In this document: one piece after another, positions 12,385 through 25,000 of the stretch
Numbering within the stretch: the stretch's first letter is position 1
How the letters are laid out: the number at the start of each line of letters is the position of its first letter
Origin: Macrostomum lignano
Taxonomy: Eukaryota
DNA: 64,000 bases
Assembly (NCBI GenBank): GCA_002269645.1
Contig: NIVC01001097.1
Coordinates: 186,001 to 250,000 of the forward strand
Reading direction: 5' to 3'
The notes under the pieces: generated by a model
What the model saw: the letters and a program-made list of their open reading frames with translations, nothing else
Database searches by the model: none
Told to the model about the DNA's origin: nothing
Translations under genes and position numbers: made by a program

Positions 12385-12963
12385 CTACTTGACTGACTTA
12401 ACTGCAGGGCGGTCCGAAGACGCAGCGGGGAGGCGAGCGTCGCCCATTCTGCTAATCCCTGAAAGGCCCGCATAGGCTAGGGTGCGGGGCCGGTCAGGGA
12501 AGTCTGCCGGTCCTGTCTGCAGCATTGTCTTCGGTGGGAGGAACCGGATGAGCCGTGGGATGTTTTCGGGCCGGCAAGCGTCATCCAGGGACGGGTTGGG
12601 CCCGAGGTGGTTGTGCCGGTCTCGGTTGAAGGTTTCGAGACGGATCTTGCTGTTGACTTGGACTCAAACAGACTCGTCGCGTCGAAGGCTTGCGGACTCG
12701 AGCGCTTGACTACAGATATCCGGTGCCTGGATCAGCGTCCTAAGCTCACCGATTTGACTCATCCGAGCTTGCCTGAGACTGAGCAGGGGCTGCAGACCGG
12801 ATTTGACTGGTTCTCGGAGCTCATTGGCTGTCAGCCACTCCGACTCCTTGATAAACCCGTGGGCACCAAGCAGGGCTTTGGCAGATTCTCGACGGTCGAG
12901 TCTCGCGTCGTCAAGGAGTTCCGTGTGGATTTTTGTAAGTTCGGGGAAGATTTCTGCGAGACC
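12385..12963 (-). pseudogene. Coding-like reading frame (192 codons, one internal TGA); possibly a decayed non-LTR retrotransposon ORF2 C-terminus or an orphan exon
   Basis: Preceded by acceptor-like CTCAG; GLAEIFPELTKIHTELL... 99 codons, TGA at 12664-12666, then 92 open codons (...RHNHLGPNPSLDDACRPENIPRLIRFL...) to TAG at 12385-12387. No confident family assignment. Confidence 0.3.
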
Positions 12964-12973
12964 CTGAGTTTGA

Positions 12974-13827
12974 ATCCAGCGGGACTCAGTTGCAGGGTGG
13001 AGTGGATCAGCGGGACTCAGTTGCAGAGTGGAGTGGATCGGCGGGACTCAGTTTCAGAGTGGAGTGGATCAGCGGGACTCAGTTGCAGAGTGGATTGGAT
13101 CAGCGGGACTCAGTTGCAGGGTGAAGTGGATCAGCGGGACTCAGTTGCAGAGTGGATTGGATCAGCGGGACTCAGTTGCAGAGTGGAGTGGATCAGCGGG
13201 ACTCAGTTGCAGAGTGGAGTGGATCAGCGGGACTCAGTTGCAGAGTGGAGTGGATCAGCGGGACTCAGTTGCAGAGTGGAGTGGATCAGCGGGACTCAGT
13301 TGCACAGTGGAGTGGATCAGCGGGACTCAGTTGCACAGTGGAGTGGATCAGCGGGACTCAGTTGCAGGGTGGAGTGGATCAGCGGAACTCAGTTGCAGAG
13401 TGGAGTGGATCAGCGGGACTCAGTTGCAGAGTGGAGTGGATCAGCGGGACTCAGTTGCAGAGTGGAGTGGATCAGCGGGACTCAGTTGCAGGGTGGAGTG
13501 GATCAGCGGGACTCAGTTGCAGAGTGGAGTGGATCAGCGGGACTCAGTTGCAGAGTGGAGTGGATCAGCGGGACTCAGTTGCAGGGTGGAGTGGATCAGC
13601 GGGACTCAGTTGCAGAGTGGAGTGGATCAGCGGGACTCAGTTGCAGAGTGGAGTGGATCAGCGGGACTCAGTTGCAGAGTGGAGTGGATCAGCGGGACTC
13701 AGTTGCAGGGTGGAGTGGATCAGCGGGACTCAGTTGCAGGGTGGAGTGAATCAGCGGGACTCAGTTGCAGAGTGGAGTGGATCAGCGGGACTCAGTTGCA
13801 GAGTGGAGTGGATCAGCGGGACTCAGT
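12974..13827. repeat. 31-bp minisatellite, about 27 copies
   Basis: Unit GGATCAGCGGGACTCAGTTGCAGAGTGGAGT. Confidence 0.95.
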
Positions 13828-14749
13828 TCCTAACAGCGACAGAAGTTTCTTTACGAGCAAAACGAATTCCAACAAAGGCCAGGACATTTCAACAGTAATT
13901 GCATGCACGATTATCATTGAAGTGTAACAATTTTAAGCAGACAGGTTTGCTAATCTGCACCGAGCTTCTCGAGCGGCTGAGGGGCTTAGCGAGCGTTTTT
14001 TATTTTAAGTTCATCAAAGCCGACAGTCGGACCTCAGCTCCGCCACAAACAGCCGTGGTAGTTACAGAGGCTTAATACAGTATTAACAGACAGTCCAAAT
14101 TCTCGAATAGAATGCATGCGGCAACCGCAGCAGGAAGGTAGAGCAGCTCACTGGGCTGCCGGGGCTAACAGGGAAACGATGACCAGCCAGAGATATGCAA
14201 AAGGAAGCCGCGGGGAAAAAAAGATGGGAGTGCAGGAAGCTCGGGGCCGGCAGATCCGTGAAAATGAGAATAAGAGAGCTCACGGATGCGGAAGAATCTA
14301 CATAACCCCCGGCTCTTGAGAGTCTCGCGCTGCCTCATCTGCCTGTCTCAATATTCGAGCGGAAGACAGCGGGGCCAACGGAGCAGCCCCGGGAAGTCGC
14401 AGCTGTGGCAGCGGCAGCGGAGCGTGAAGCCCCGGGACGGACAGGGGAGGCTGCGGGCCGTGAGCGAGAATGCGGGACGCCACCTGACGGCCTGATGATG
14501 GCTGAGCGCGGCATCACGAGGCTGGGGAACAACCTGTCATTGAGGCTTCGAGACGGCCTGTGATTAGCAAGAAGCTTCGAGCTTTTAGCCGAATGCCCCG
14601 AGTCCTCTGTCCGCCTTTCCACTCACTGTTTGTCTCTTGCTTGCCCCTCAGGCCTTTATTTAGCCTGCCTTGCTGTGCCTTTCTTTAGCCAACTTTTAAC
14701 CATAAATGGCCAGCTTTGCGTCATCGAGACCTGAGAGGTTGATTGCGGG

Positions 14750-15105
14750 ATGGAGATGAAGCCAGGTAGGACTGAGAGGCTAGGGGTGAAGATGAAGCTA
14801 GGTAGGACTTAGATGCTGATGAAGATGAAGCCAGGTAGGACTGAGAGGCTGAGGTTGAAGATGAAAATGAAGCCAGGTAGGACTAAGACTGAGGGTGAAG
14901 ATGAAGCCAGGTAGGACTAATAGGCTGAGATACGGATAAAGATGAAGCCAGGTAGGACTGAGAGGCTGAAGGTGAAGATGAAAATGAAGCCAGGTAGGAC
15001 TAAGAGGCTGAGGGTAAAGATGAAGCCAGGTAGGACTGAGAGGCTGAGATGCGGATGGAGATGAAGCCGAGTATTACTGAGAGGCTGGGGTGAAGGTGAA
15101 GTACT
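14750..15105. repeat. Degenerate 36-42-bp purine-rich tandem repeat
   Basis: Recurrent GATGAAGCCAGGTAGGACTGAGAGGCTGAG core. Confidence 0.85.
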
Positions 15106-15587
15106 GAGAGGCAAGCATAGGGAAGTGAGGCAGAATTGAGAAAAGCGGAGGCAGGAGCCCATCGGTTATCAGCTTCATCGCTAGTCAGAGTTGCCGCAGG
15201 CAAACTCGAGAGTTTCTAAGTTTATCCGCGGATTTGCAGCTCGGAGCCCGCGAGCACAGCGCAGGTGTAGCAACTCTGAGCCGAACTCCACCCACTGAAC
15301 ACACCGAGCACAGCGTGACAGGTCGCCCGAGATGTAAAAAAACATCACTCTTCCATTTTGAGAAACTTGCAACTTACTGAAGTCCCCGATGGCCATTCAA
15401 ATTTAGCCTTCTGCTGCGTCAGCGCGGCTTTCAATTATTTGTTAATTGAGCAGGCAGTGCGCCGACTCCGATTGCAACCTGTCTGGAGCCAACCATACCT
15501 TTCACTGCCTTCCCCTGACTCTCCTTCTCTCTCGTCTACCCTCCCTATCACCCACTCTCTTATCTACCCCGCCTCTTTTCACTGCTT

Positions 15588-16505
15588 AGTCACAGCTAAC
15601 AGTCACAGCTAACAGTCACAGCTAATAGTCACAGCTAATAGTCACAGCTAACAGTCACAGCTAACAGTCACAGCTAATAGTCACAGCTAACAGTCACAGC
15701 TAACAGTCACAGCTAATAGTCACAGCTAATAGTCACAGCTAACAGTCACAGCTAACAGTCATAGCTAACAGTCACAGCTAACAGTCACAGCTAACAGTCA
15801 CAGCTAATAGTCACAGCTAACAGTCACCGCTAACAGTCACAGCTAATAGTCACAGCTAACAGTCACAGCTAACAGTCACAGCTAATAGTCACAGCTAACA
15901 GTCACAGCTAATAGTCACAGCTAACAGTCACAGCTAACAGTCACAGCTAACAGTCACAGCTAACAGTCACAGCTAATAGTCACAGCTAACAGTCACAGCT
16001 AACAGTCACAGCTAACAGTCACAGCTAATAGTCACAGCTAACATTCACAGCTAACAGTCACAGCTAACAGTCACAGCTAACAGTCACAGCTAACAGTCAC
16101 AGCTAATAGTCACAGCTAACAGTCACAGCTAACAGTCACAGCTAATAGTCACAGCTAATAGTCACAGCTAACAGTCACAGCTAACAGTCACAGCTAACAG
16201 TCACAGCTAACAGTCACAGCTAACAGTCACAGCTAACAGTCACAGCTAATAGTCACAGCTAACAGTCACAGCTAACAGTCACAGCTAATAGTCACAGCTA
16301 ACAGTCACAGCTAATAGTCACAGCTAACAGTCACAGCTAACAGTCACAGCTAACAGTCACAGCTAACAGTTACAGCTAACAGTCATAGCCAACAGTCACA
16401 GCCAACAGTCATAGCCAACAGTCACAGCCAACAGTCACAGCCAACAGTCATAGCCAACAGTCACAGCCAACAGTCACAGCTAACAGTCACAGCTAACAGT
16501 CACAG
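15588..16505. repeat. 13-bp minisatellite, about 70 copies, just upstream of GPCR1
   Basis: Unit AGTCACAGCTAAY. Confidence 0.97.
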
Positions 16506-16658
16506 CAGGCCATTCCATATTTTTTCGGCTTCGACGCTGAGTCAGCCATAAATCCCTTTTGGCTTCCACACTTCTTAAAATGTCCATTCCAACCTGGCTG
16601 CCAAAATGAAATCCGATTTCCGGTCCCGCCTCTCAGACCGGCTTTCCAGGAGCAACCA

Positions 16659-18290
16659 ATGGAGCCTTCGCAGTCACCGCAGCAGCAGGGCGAGGAGGCC
16701 ATCCGCGAGCTGCTGCGGACCCACCGCGACTCCCAGCATCACCAGCCGCTCAGCATCTTCATCACGGTCGGCCTGCTGCTAGTGGCCACCGCTGGCACCG
16801 CCGGCAACGCTCTGGTCATCGGGTTCTTCAGCCGCACCCTGAAGGACTGGCCGTCCAATGTCTACGTCATCGCCCTGGCCACCATTGACCTGCTGGTCTG
16901 CTGCCTCGTCATCCCTGCCACGCTTTACCAGGATGTCTGGCTCGGAGCCAACACCGACGCCTCCTGCAAGGCGCTGCATCTGCTGCGCAGCTGCCTGATC
17001 CCAGCCTCCGCCTGCCTACTCTGCCTCATCGCCGTAGACCGCTACTTGCTCATCTGCTTCGTGCCCGCGGTGCAGATCCAGCCGCGCGGCGCCGCCTTCT
17101 GGATCGCCGTCTCCGTGCTGCTGGGCGGCCTGGCCGGCGTGCCGGTCGGCCTGTCCACCGGCACCCGAGCAGCCGTACAGCTGCAGCTGCTGGACCCCCA
17201 GCTGGACTCGCCGACTCCGAACACCGCGGCTGCGCCGGTCGCTGCCGTCTACGGCGAGCGCTGCGTATCGGACAGCTCGCTGATTGGGCGGGGCCGCCTG
17301 GCGCAGTTCAAGCTGGCCCTCAGCTGCCTGTTCGGCATCAGCCTGGCCACCGTTGTGGCCTTCTACATCCGGATCTTCACCTTTGTTCGGCGCCGTCAGA
17401 TGCGCTGGCGGCGGGCCTCCCGAGCCCTGCGCAGCGGCAGCGCCGTGTCTGCGTCGATGGTGACGACAACAATGACGGCCAGCGCGTCCGGCCGCTCCCG
17501 CCGCCGCCTGTCCCGCCGAGGCGTTGGGGACAATGCGAACGAGGCGTCGAACGCCGCGCTGGATGCAGCCGCGGCTGTCGCGGTGACGGAGGCGGGCCGC
17601 AGCCGGCTCAGCGTGCCGCAGCATGGACAGCCGCCGCGCAAGAGCAGCAGCTGGAGCCACATGGCTGCCGAGGCGTCCGCGGCTTCGGGCTCCGCCGCTG
17701 AGGCAAATAGCGGCGCTCCGGCTGTCGAGTCGCACAGCCTGGCCGCCCTGCCGCAGGCCGAGAGCGACTGCGAGGGCTGCGCCGGGGACGAGGAGGACGA
17801 GTTCGGCCTCCGCCGTCCGGTAGGCCCGGGCAGCGGCCGCCGCAGCCGACGACGCCACCGCCGCTGCCTGGACGAGCGCCGACGCAAGAAGCCGCACATA
17901 AAGACAGCAAAGATGCTGGCCGTCATCACCTTTTTCTACGTGCTGTCCTACCTGCCGTTCCTGGTGGTGTTCAACAAGCCCTCCATCGCCGACGCCTTCG
18001 AGAGCGAGGCTGTCGGTGACGGACCCGGCAGAAATTCCAGCGCCTCTCTGCAGACTGCGACACTGTGGAATTCAACGACTGGCCTGCAGTCGCCGGCTGG
18101 CGGGGACGCGGCAGCAGCTGACGGCTCTGTCTGGCGCGGCCTGCGCCGGGTCCTCGGGCAGACATTTTTCTACTTTTACTTCATCAACCACGGCGCGAAC
18201 CCTGTGATCTACGGCTGCATGAACACCTACTTCCGGCAGCATGTCGGCGCCATCTGCGGCTCCGTGAAGCGCTGCGGACACACTGGCTAG
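16659..18290 (+). CDS. Class A (rhodopsin-like) GPCR, intronless, 543 aa, probably a peptide/orphan receptor
   Basis: TM1 GN (TAGNALVI), TM2 LAxxD (LATIDLL), TM3 Cys and DRY (ASCK; AVDRYLLIC), ECL2 Cys, TM6 KTAKML..SYLPF, TM7 NPxxY (ANPVIYG); very long Ala/Arg-rich ICL3; AATAAA near 18474. Confidence 0.93.
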   Translation: MEPSQSPQQQGEEAIRELLRTHRDSQHHQPLSIFITVGLLLVATAGTAGNALVIGFFSRTLKDWPSNVYVIALATIDLLVCCLVIPATLYQDVWLGANTDASCKALHLLRSCLIPASACLLCLIAVDRYLLICFVPAVQIQPRGAAFWIAVSVLLGGLAGVPVGLSTGTRAAVQLQLLDPQLDSPTPNTAAAPVAAVYGERCVSDSSLIGRGRLAQFKLALSCLFGISLATVVAFYIRIFTFVRRRQMRWRRASRALRSGSAVSASMVTTTMTASASGRSRRRLSRRGVGDNANEASNAALDAAAAVAVTEAGRSRLSVPQHGQPPRKSSSWSHMAAEASAASGSAAEANSGAPAVESHSLAALPQAESDCEGCAGDEEDEFGLRRPVGPGSGRRSRRRHRRCLDERRRKKPHIKTAKMLAVITFFYVLSYLPFLVVFNKPSIADAFESEAVGDGPGRNSSASLQTATLWNSTTGLQSPAGGDAAAADGSVWRGLRRVLGQTFFYFYFINHGANPVIYGCMNTYFRQHVGAICGSVKRCGHTG

Positions 18291-19065
18291 ATGCAAGCTG
18301 ACTTGTGTGATGATTGGAACTATTATCAAGATTTTCATATCTATTTTTTAACTCTGAATGGTAATTATAAGGCTGGAAGCAGCTGCTGGACAGAGGTTGG
18401 CTAAAAAGGTACTTTGAGGTTTCATTAAATGCAATGGAAGCTACTCTAACACAGCTGCTTGTCTGCGATATTCAATAAAAGCTTGAACTAATTTGTGGTC
18501 CTGTGCACAATAAGACCATTGATTTTCATGTTCACAAAACTAGTGCGCCCAAAACCCAGTCTAACCGCACCTGCTGTACAGAACCGCATCTATGCTCGTA
18601 GATCCTACTCTTCTAGCACCGAGCATGCTGTTTATTCAGTAGCATATAGTGAGCTTCGCTTAAACACTATCCGTAACTGATAAAACACCGTTCATTCATA
18701 ATGTTATAAAAAAACTGAATTCTGCAAATTGCTGTCATAAGCAGTGGCATTTCTGTCTTCAATTCTTTCACCAATCAGCATTATGTAAAAAAGTAAGTCT
18801 ATTATATGAAAAGAAACATTTATTCATCCGGCAAAACACAGCTGCAGTTGGAGGGAACAAGAAGAGTAAAAAGCATCTGCAGGTCAGCGCAGGTCGTGAC
18901 GATCAGCTGGGCCTCAGCAGAACCGGCATGGGTCAAAGCAGAGCACAAAAGGAATGGAAGAGTTTCGCACAGGCTGCACCTGCTGCATGCACAGAGAATT
19001 CTGAGGCAGTCAATAAACATAGGACAGGTATGTACAGCTTATGTAGCAACTGACGCAAACCAAGG

Positions 19066-22000
19066 TCACCTGCGGATTAAACCGGCCTGCTTGCTGCGTC
19101 GCATCTGCTGGTAGGAACTGGTAGCCGGACCCAGGTCTGCGAAGGCAGGATAGCGTTGGGAGCTTATTGTAGCGAATGTACTTTAGCTGAGTACCTGTGC
19201 CAGTCTGTGTGCTGCCTGTGCCAGCCTCAGTGTGTGCTGCCTGTCTGTCTCAGTGTGTGCTGCCTGTCTGTCTCAGTGTGTGCTGTCTGTCTGTCTCAGT
19301 GTGTGCTGTCTGTGTTTGTCTGTCTCAGTGTGTGCTGCCTGTCTGTCTCAGTGTGTGCTGCCTGTCTGTCTCAGTGTGTGCTGTCTGTCTGTCTCAGTGT
19401 GTGCTGTCTGTGTCTGTCTGTCTCAGTGTGTGCTGTCTGTCTGTCTCAGTGTGTGCTGTCTGTCTGTCTCAGTGTGTGCTGTCTGTCTGTCTCAGTGTGT
19501 GCTGTCTGTCTGTCTCAGTGTGTGCTGTCTATCCGTCTTAGTGCCTGAGAGTCCATTAAGTAGTCCCTGATCTGTCCTGTGTCTGCCTATCCTAGATTGT
19601 CTGCTCTATGACTGCCTGCCCCAGAGCCCGCCTGTTTCCCTCCCAGCGCACTCACGCAAGGAGTTGGCGGTCCGCATCGCAGGCGCGGTCTCGTACAGCG
19701 CATCCAACTCGTTCGTCGCGGCGGCGGCCAACGCGCGGCCGTGGATGTCCAGACCGCGGTGCCGGTGGTGCAGCCCAGAGTTGGCGCGCTTTCCGCTGGT
19801 CCGGCCAACGCCGTTAAAGTGGCCGCCCGGAGGCGGGGTCGGCCAGTCCAGTGACGAGTACGCGCCTGGCCGTCCGCCGCTGCCGGGCCGAACCGAGGCT
19901 GCGCCGCCAGCCCGCAGAGAGGGGTGATGAGGCTGCGAGGCCTGCTGCAGCAGCTGCGGCCCGCGTCGGTCGTGCAGCGGCGGCAGAGTGCCGGACCGGG
20001 TGAAGGCGGCGAAGAGGCCCGCGTGCTGCGGATGATGGTGAGGGTGCAGCGGCAACTGGGGCTGCTGGTGATGAAGCTGTGCCTGTTGCTGACTGCCGCC
20101 AACAGTTAAGCGCGGCTGCTGCGGCGTCTTCGGCCGGTCCACGGGCGCCAGCCGGTTGAGCGGCCGGCGGCCAAAGCCGGCGATGGAGGCTGTGGCTGCC
20201 GGAGCCGCGGCGGCAGGCGCGAACGCGGGCTCGGAGCGCTGTTGCAGCGTCTTGCTGCTGATGCTGAGCAGGCCGGCCAGGTCGCCGGCCAGTTGCGGAT
20301 CAGAGGCCGCGGCAACGGCGGCCGAGTTCGCGTTGGCGGCAGCCGCGGCGAGTCGGGTGTGCCGGTGGCCGGGGAAACCGGCAGCATGAAGGAGGCCGCG
20401 GTGCAGCGGGCCCGCTGGCTCGTCGTCGTAATCCTCGCTGCCGATGGTGTCATCATCATCAGCGGCCTCGCCATCCTGATCGTCATCGTTTCCGCTGGCG
20501 GTGCGCTGCTGCTGGGTGAACCGGCGGGTCCGCCGGAGCCGCTCGAGGAACAGCGGCATGGACCAGCCGACCAGGCGGGCCCACAGCGAGTCGAAGGAGG
20601 CGCACTGAGCGGCGTCGCGAAGGGCGAGGCTCGGCGTCACCGGCTGCTGCGCCGCCACGGAGCGACTGCGCCGGGGCGGGGGCCGCTGCGGCTCCTCGGT
20701 TGAGGCTTCGTTGTCGATGGCGATGGCCTCCTCGACGCAGCCCTCCTGGGCGAGCAGCTCCTCGAGACCCGCGCTTTCGGGCATCAGAGCCTGCAGCCCA
20801 TCAACGGAGGGACGCCGGGCGGAGAGGGCGCGGCCGACCAGCTGCAGCCTGCGGCGCGGCGCGGGGCGGATTTGAATTGATTCTTAGGGGCGGATTTGAA
20901 TTGATTCTTAGGGGCGGATTTGAATTGATTCTTAGGGGCGAATTTGAATTGATTCTTAGGGGCGGATTTGAATTGATTCTTAGGGGCGGATCTGAATTGA
21001 TTCTTAGGGGCGGATTTGAATTGATTCTTAGGGGCGGATTTGAATTGATTCTTAAGGGCGGATTTGAATTGATTCTTAGGGGCGGATTTGAATTGATTCT
21101 TAGGGGCGGATTTGAATTGATTCTTAGGGGCGGATTTGAACTGATTCTTAGGGGCGGATTTGAATTGATTCTTAGGGGCGGATTTGAATTGATTCTTAGG
21201 GGCGGATCTGAATTGATTCTTAGGGGCGGATTTGAATTGATTCTTAGGGGCGGATTTGAATTGATTCTTAGGGGCGGATTTGAATTGATTCTTAGGGGCG
21301 GATTTGAATTGATTCTTAGGGGCGGATTTGAATTGATTCTTAGGGGCGGATTTGAATTGATTCTTAGGGGCGGATTTGAATTGATTCTTAAGGGCGGATT
21401 TGAATTGATTCTTAGGGGCGGATTTGAATTGATTCTTAGGGCGGATTTGAATTGATTCTTAGGGGCGGATCTGAATTGATTCTTAGGGGCGGATTTGAAT
21501 TGATTCTTAGGGGCGGATTTGAATTGATTCTTAGGGGCGGATTTGAATTGATTCTTAGGGGCGGATTTGAATTGGTTCTTAGGGGCGGATTTGAATTGAT
21601 TCTTAGGGGCGGATTTGAATTGATTCTTAGGGGCGGATTTGAATTGATTCTTAGGGGCGGATTTGAATTGATTCTTAGGGGCGGATTTGAATTGATTCTT
21701 AGGGGCGGATCTGAATTGATTCTTAGGGGCGGATTTGAATTGATTCTTAGGGGCGGATTTGAATTGATTCTTAGGGGCGGATTTGAATTGATTCTTAGGG
21801 GCGGATTTGAATACTTAAGGAGGCTTTTAGAATTGATTCTTAGGGGCGGATTTGAATACTTAAGGAGGCTTTTAGAATTGATTCTTAGGGGCGGATTTGA
21901 ATCCTTAACGAGGCTTTTAGAATTGAATTTTAGGTCTGCGCGCTACGCCCCAGAACAGGGTAACAGAACAATAGCCCTAAATTTACCTCTTGCCAAAGTG

Positions 22001-25000
22001 TGTGGACTTCTGGGCCGGGCAGGGCAGGCAGGGAATGAGGGAGCTCCAGGGAGAAAGTTCTCAGCTGCAGAGGAGGCAGCTGGGAGCAGGTCGATAACGA
22101 AACCGTTGCCATGCCCAGCTGCCTGGCAGATTGACAGGCCAACATTCTAAACAGCAGCATCATTAAAAATGCATGCGGCATAGCACCTGTAAAAAGCTAC
22201 ACACGTACGCAGGTGCTAAAATTATGAATATAAAGTGCCGCAGGCGCATACCCGATTTCCGTCTGCTCGGCGAGTTCCTGTTCCTCGGCTGGCCGCGGCG
22301 TTGCATCGTCAGAGCTGGGCGGCGGCGCGGCCCGGTGCGCGAAGCCCGGCTCCCTGGGCGGCGCCAGCTGACGGCCGCGCAGGCGCATGTGAGGGAAGGC
22401 GGAGCGCCATTCTGAGCACTCTTCCTGGGTCTTGGCGACCGGCGGCTGGGCGATCTCCGAGCTCGCAGAGTCTTGGCGGTACAGCAGGCTGTCGATCTGC
22501 TCGAACAGCTCGCTGACTCGATGGGCCGCGATGAGCTCGTATTCCTGTGAGGGAAGCGGGTGGCGGTGCCCTAGGGTCAGTTGGGTCATTGGCGGTGCCC
22601 TAGGGTCAGTTGGGGTCAGTGGCGGCGCACTAGGGTCAGTTGGGTCATTGGCGGCGCCCTAGGGTCAGTTGGGGTCAGTGGCAGTTGGGGTCAGTGGCAG
22701 TGCCCTAGGGTCAGTGGGGGTCAGTGGCGGTGCCCTGGGGTCAGTAGCGGTGCCCTGGGGTCAATTGGGTCAGTGGCGGTGCCCTAGGGTCAGTGGAGTT
22801 AGTGGCGGTGCCCTAGGGTCAGTGGAGTTAGTGGCGGTGCCCTAGGGTCAGTGGGGTCAATGGCGCTGCTCTGGGGTCAGTGGCGGTGCACTCACGCAGT
22901 CAGCCCAGTCGTCAGAGCTGCTGAGGCTGGTGCGGTCAGTCTCAATCAGGTGACGCCGCTCGGCAACGCCCGATTGGACTCCGCTAATGACGCCGTCCCA
23001 GCCAGGCGCGCCGCCGCTGATGGCCTCTTCACCGGAGCTGGCGGCTCCATCGGCCGACAGAGTCGACTCAGAGTCGGCTGAGGCCTCAAACTGGCCGTCA
23101 TCGTCGTCATCGTCGTCCCGGAGCCGGTGCTGTCGCTCCGGACGGCTGTCCGTGACAGTCAGGGTGGACAGGTCCGTCCCCTCCGAGGCGTAGGCGGGCC
23201 GGCTGTGCGGGGCACATTGGTAATTTTGAATACTGCAGTGAGCCACTCACACTACCTGGTACACACGAGCTACACCTGAGACAGGTTCAGTTTAGTGTCA
23301 ACTCGGATTCGAGTTTTGTATCAGTCCATATGGATTTGCCCGTAGACAAAATAGAAGGAACTTGTTTAAAGTAAATCGAGCATTTCCTGTCTCAATTTGA
23401 ATTCCCAAATTAAACGGGCAGATGTACTCGCACCTTCATGATACCTGAACCTTGTATTGGTCGTCTACCTGAGCTTTTCATGTTTCTACAATTCTACCTG
23501 AGACTTTGATGTTTCTACCTGAGACTTTGATGTTTCTACCTGAGACTTTGATGTTTCTACCTGAGACTTTGATGTTTCTACCTGAGACTTTGATGTTTCT
23601 ACCTGAGCTTTTCATGTTTCTACCTGAGACTTTGATGTTTCTACCTGAGACTTTGATGTTTCTACCTGAGACTTTGATGTTTCTACCTGAGACTTTGATG
23701 TTTCTACCTGAGACTTTGATGTTTCTACCTGAGACTTTGATGTTTCTACCTGAGCTTTTCATGTTTCTACCTGAGACTTTGATGTTTCTACCTGAGGAGA
23801 CTTTGATGTTTCTACCTGAGACTTTGATGTTTCTACCTGAGACTTTGATGTTTCTACCTGAGACTTTGATGTTTCTACCTGAGACTTTGATGTTTCTACC
23901 TGAGGAGACTTTGATGTTTCTACCTGAGACTTTGATGTTTCTACCTGAGGAGACTTTGATGTTTCTACCTGAGCTTTTCATGTTTCTACCTGAGACTTTG
24001 ATGTTTCTACCTGAGACTTTGATGTTTCTACCTGAGACTTTGATGTTTCTACCTGAGCTTTTCATGTTTCTACCTGAGACTTTGATGTTTCTACCTGAGA
24101 CTTTGATGTTTCTACCTGAGACTTTGATGTTTCTACCTGAGACTTTGATGTTTCTACCTGAGACTTTGATGTTTCTACCTGAGACTTTGATGTTTCGACG
24201 AGTGCCGGAGACGCTGATGCCATTACTATCCATAAGGGTTAGGGTTGGAAGGATGACAGGAGATTTTTTAAGAGTTCAAGGCTTATTTGGGTCATTGCTG
24301 AGATGTCAAAGGGGGGAGTTGATATGTTAAGGCTTGTGGGAGGGGAATTACTGAGATATCAATGCTTACAAGGGATTTCCGAGGTTATTGCAAATAGACG
24401 CTACATGTAGTTTATTCAAAAACTTGTACTGCATTTTTTGCTACCCAACGGGGGGCGCTGATTGCTAGTAAGAGCTATAGGGTAAATTTTTTGCTCAAAA
24501 TGCTTAATTAAGCAAAATCCCAGTATTAACATCCTCTGGCATCCCATGATTGGACTGGAGTGAGCAGTGCTCAGCTCTGGGCTGAGGTAACACACAGGCG
24601 TAGAGGTATGAAATTACAATCGTCAGTGTAGAACGCGGGTTTCTATGGCAACAAAATGCTGCCTCACCTGCCCTGGAAACTGCCTGTATGTCTGAGACCC
24701 CTTAGGGAAATGGATGGGTGGAGCAGAGAGCAGACATACATGCTGGAAATGAAGGCACAATGCTGGGCTGCTGAGCCAGGGATTTTTTGCAGCTAAAAAT
24801 AATATTGCAAATAAGGTTTCGCTCGCATGAGTTTCATGGCTGCGGAAATGCAAGCGGACTGCATGGGTGATGAAGACTCTTTAGTGAGGCTGCGGCCAGC
24901 CCAGACACTGGGGATCTGGGAGAGTGACATCTCAGACACTGGGGATCTGGGAGAGTGACATCTCAGACACTGGGGATCTGGGAGAGTGACATCTCAGACA

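Noticed and set aside
17016-17929. Antisense ORFs over GPCR1 (likewise 53322-54493 over SRPK and 19924-20703 over FAM149)
   Set aside because: Expected shadow ORFs of GC-rich coding sequence; no motifs.
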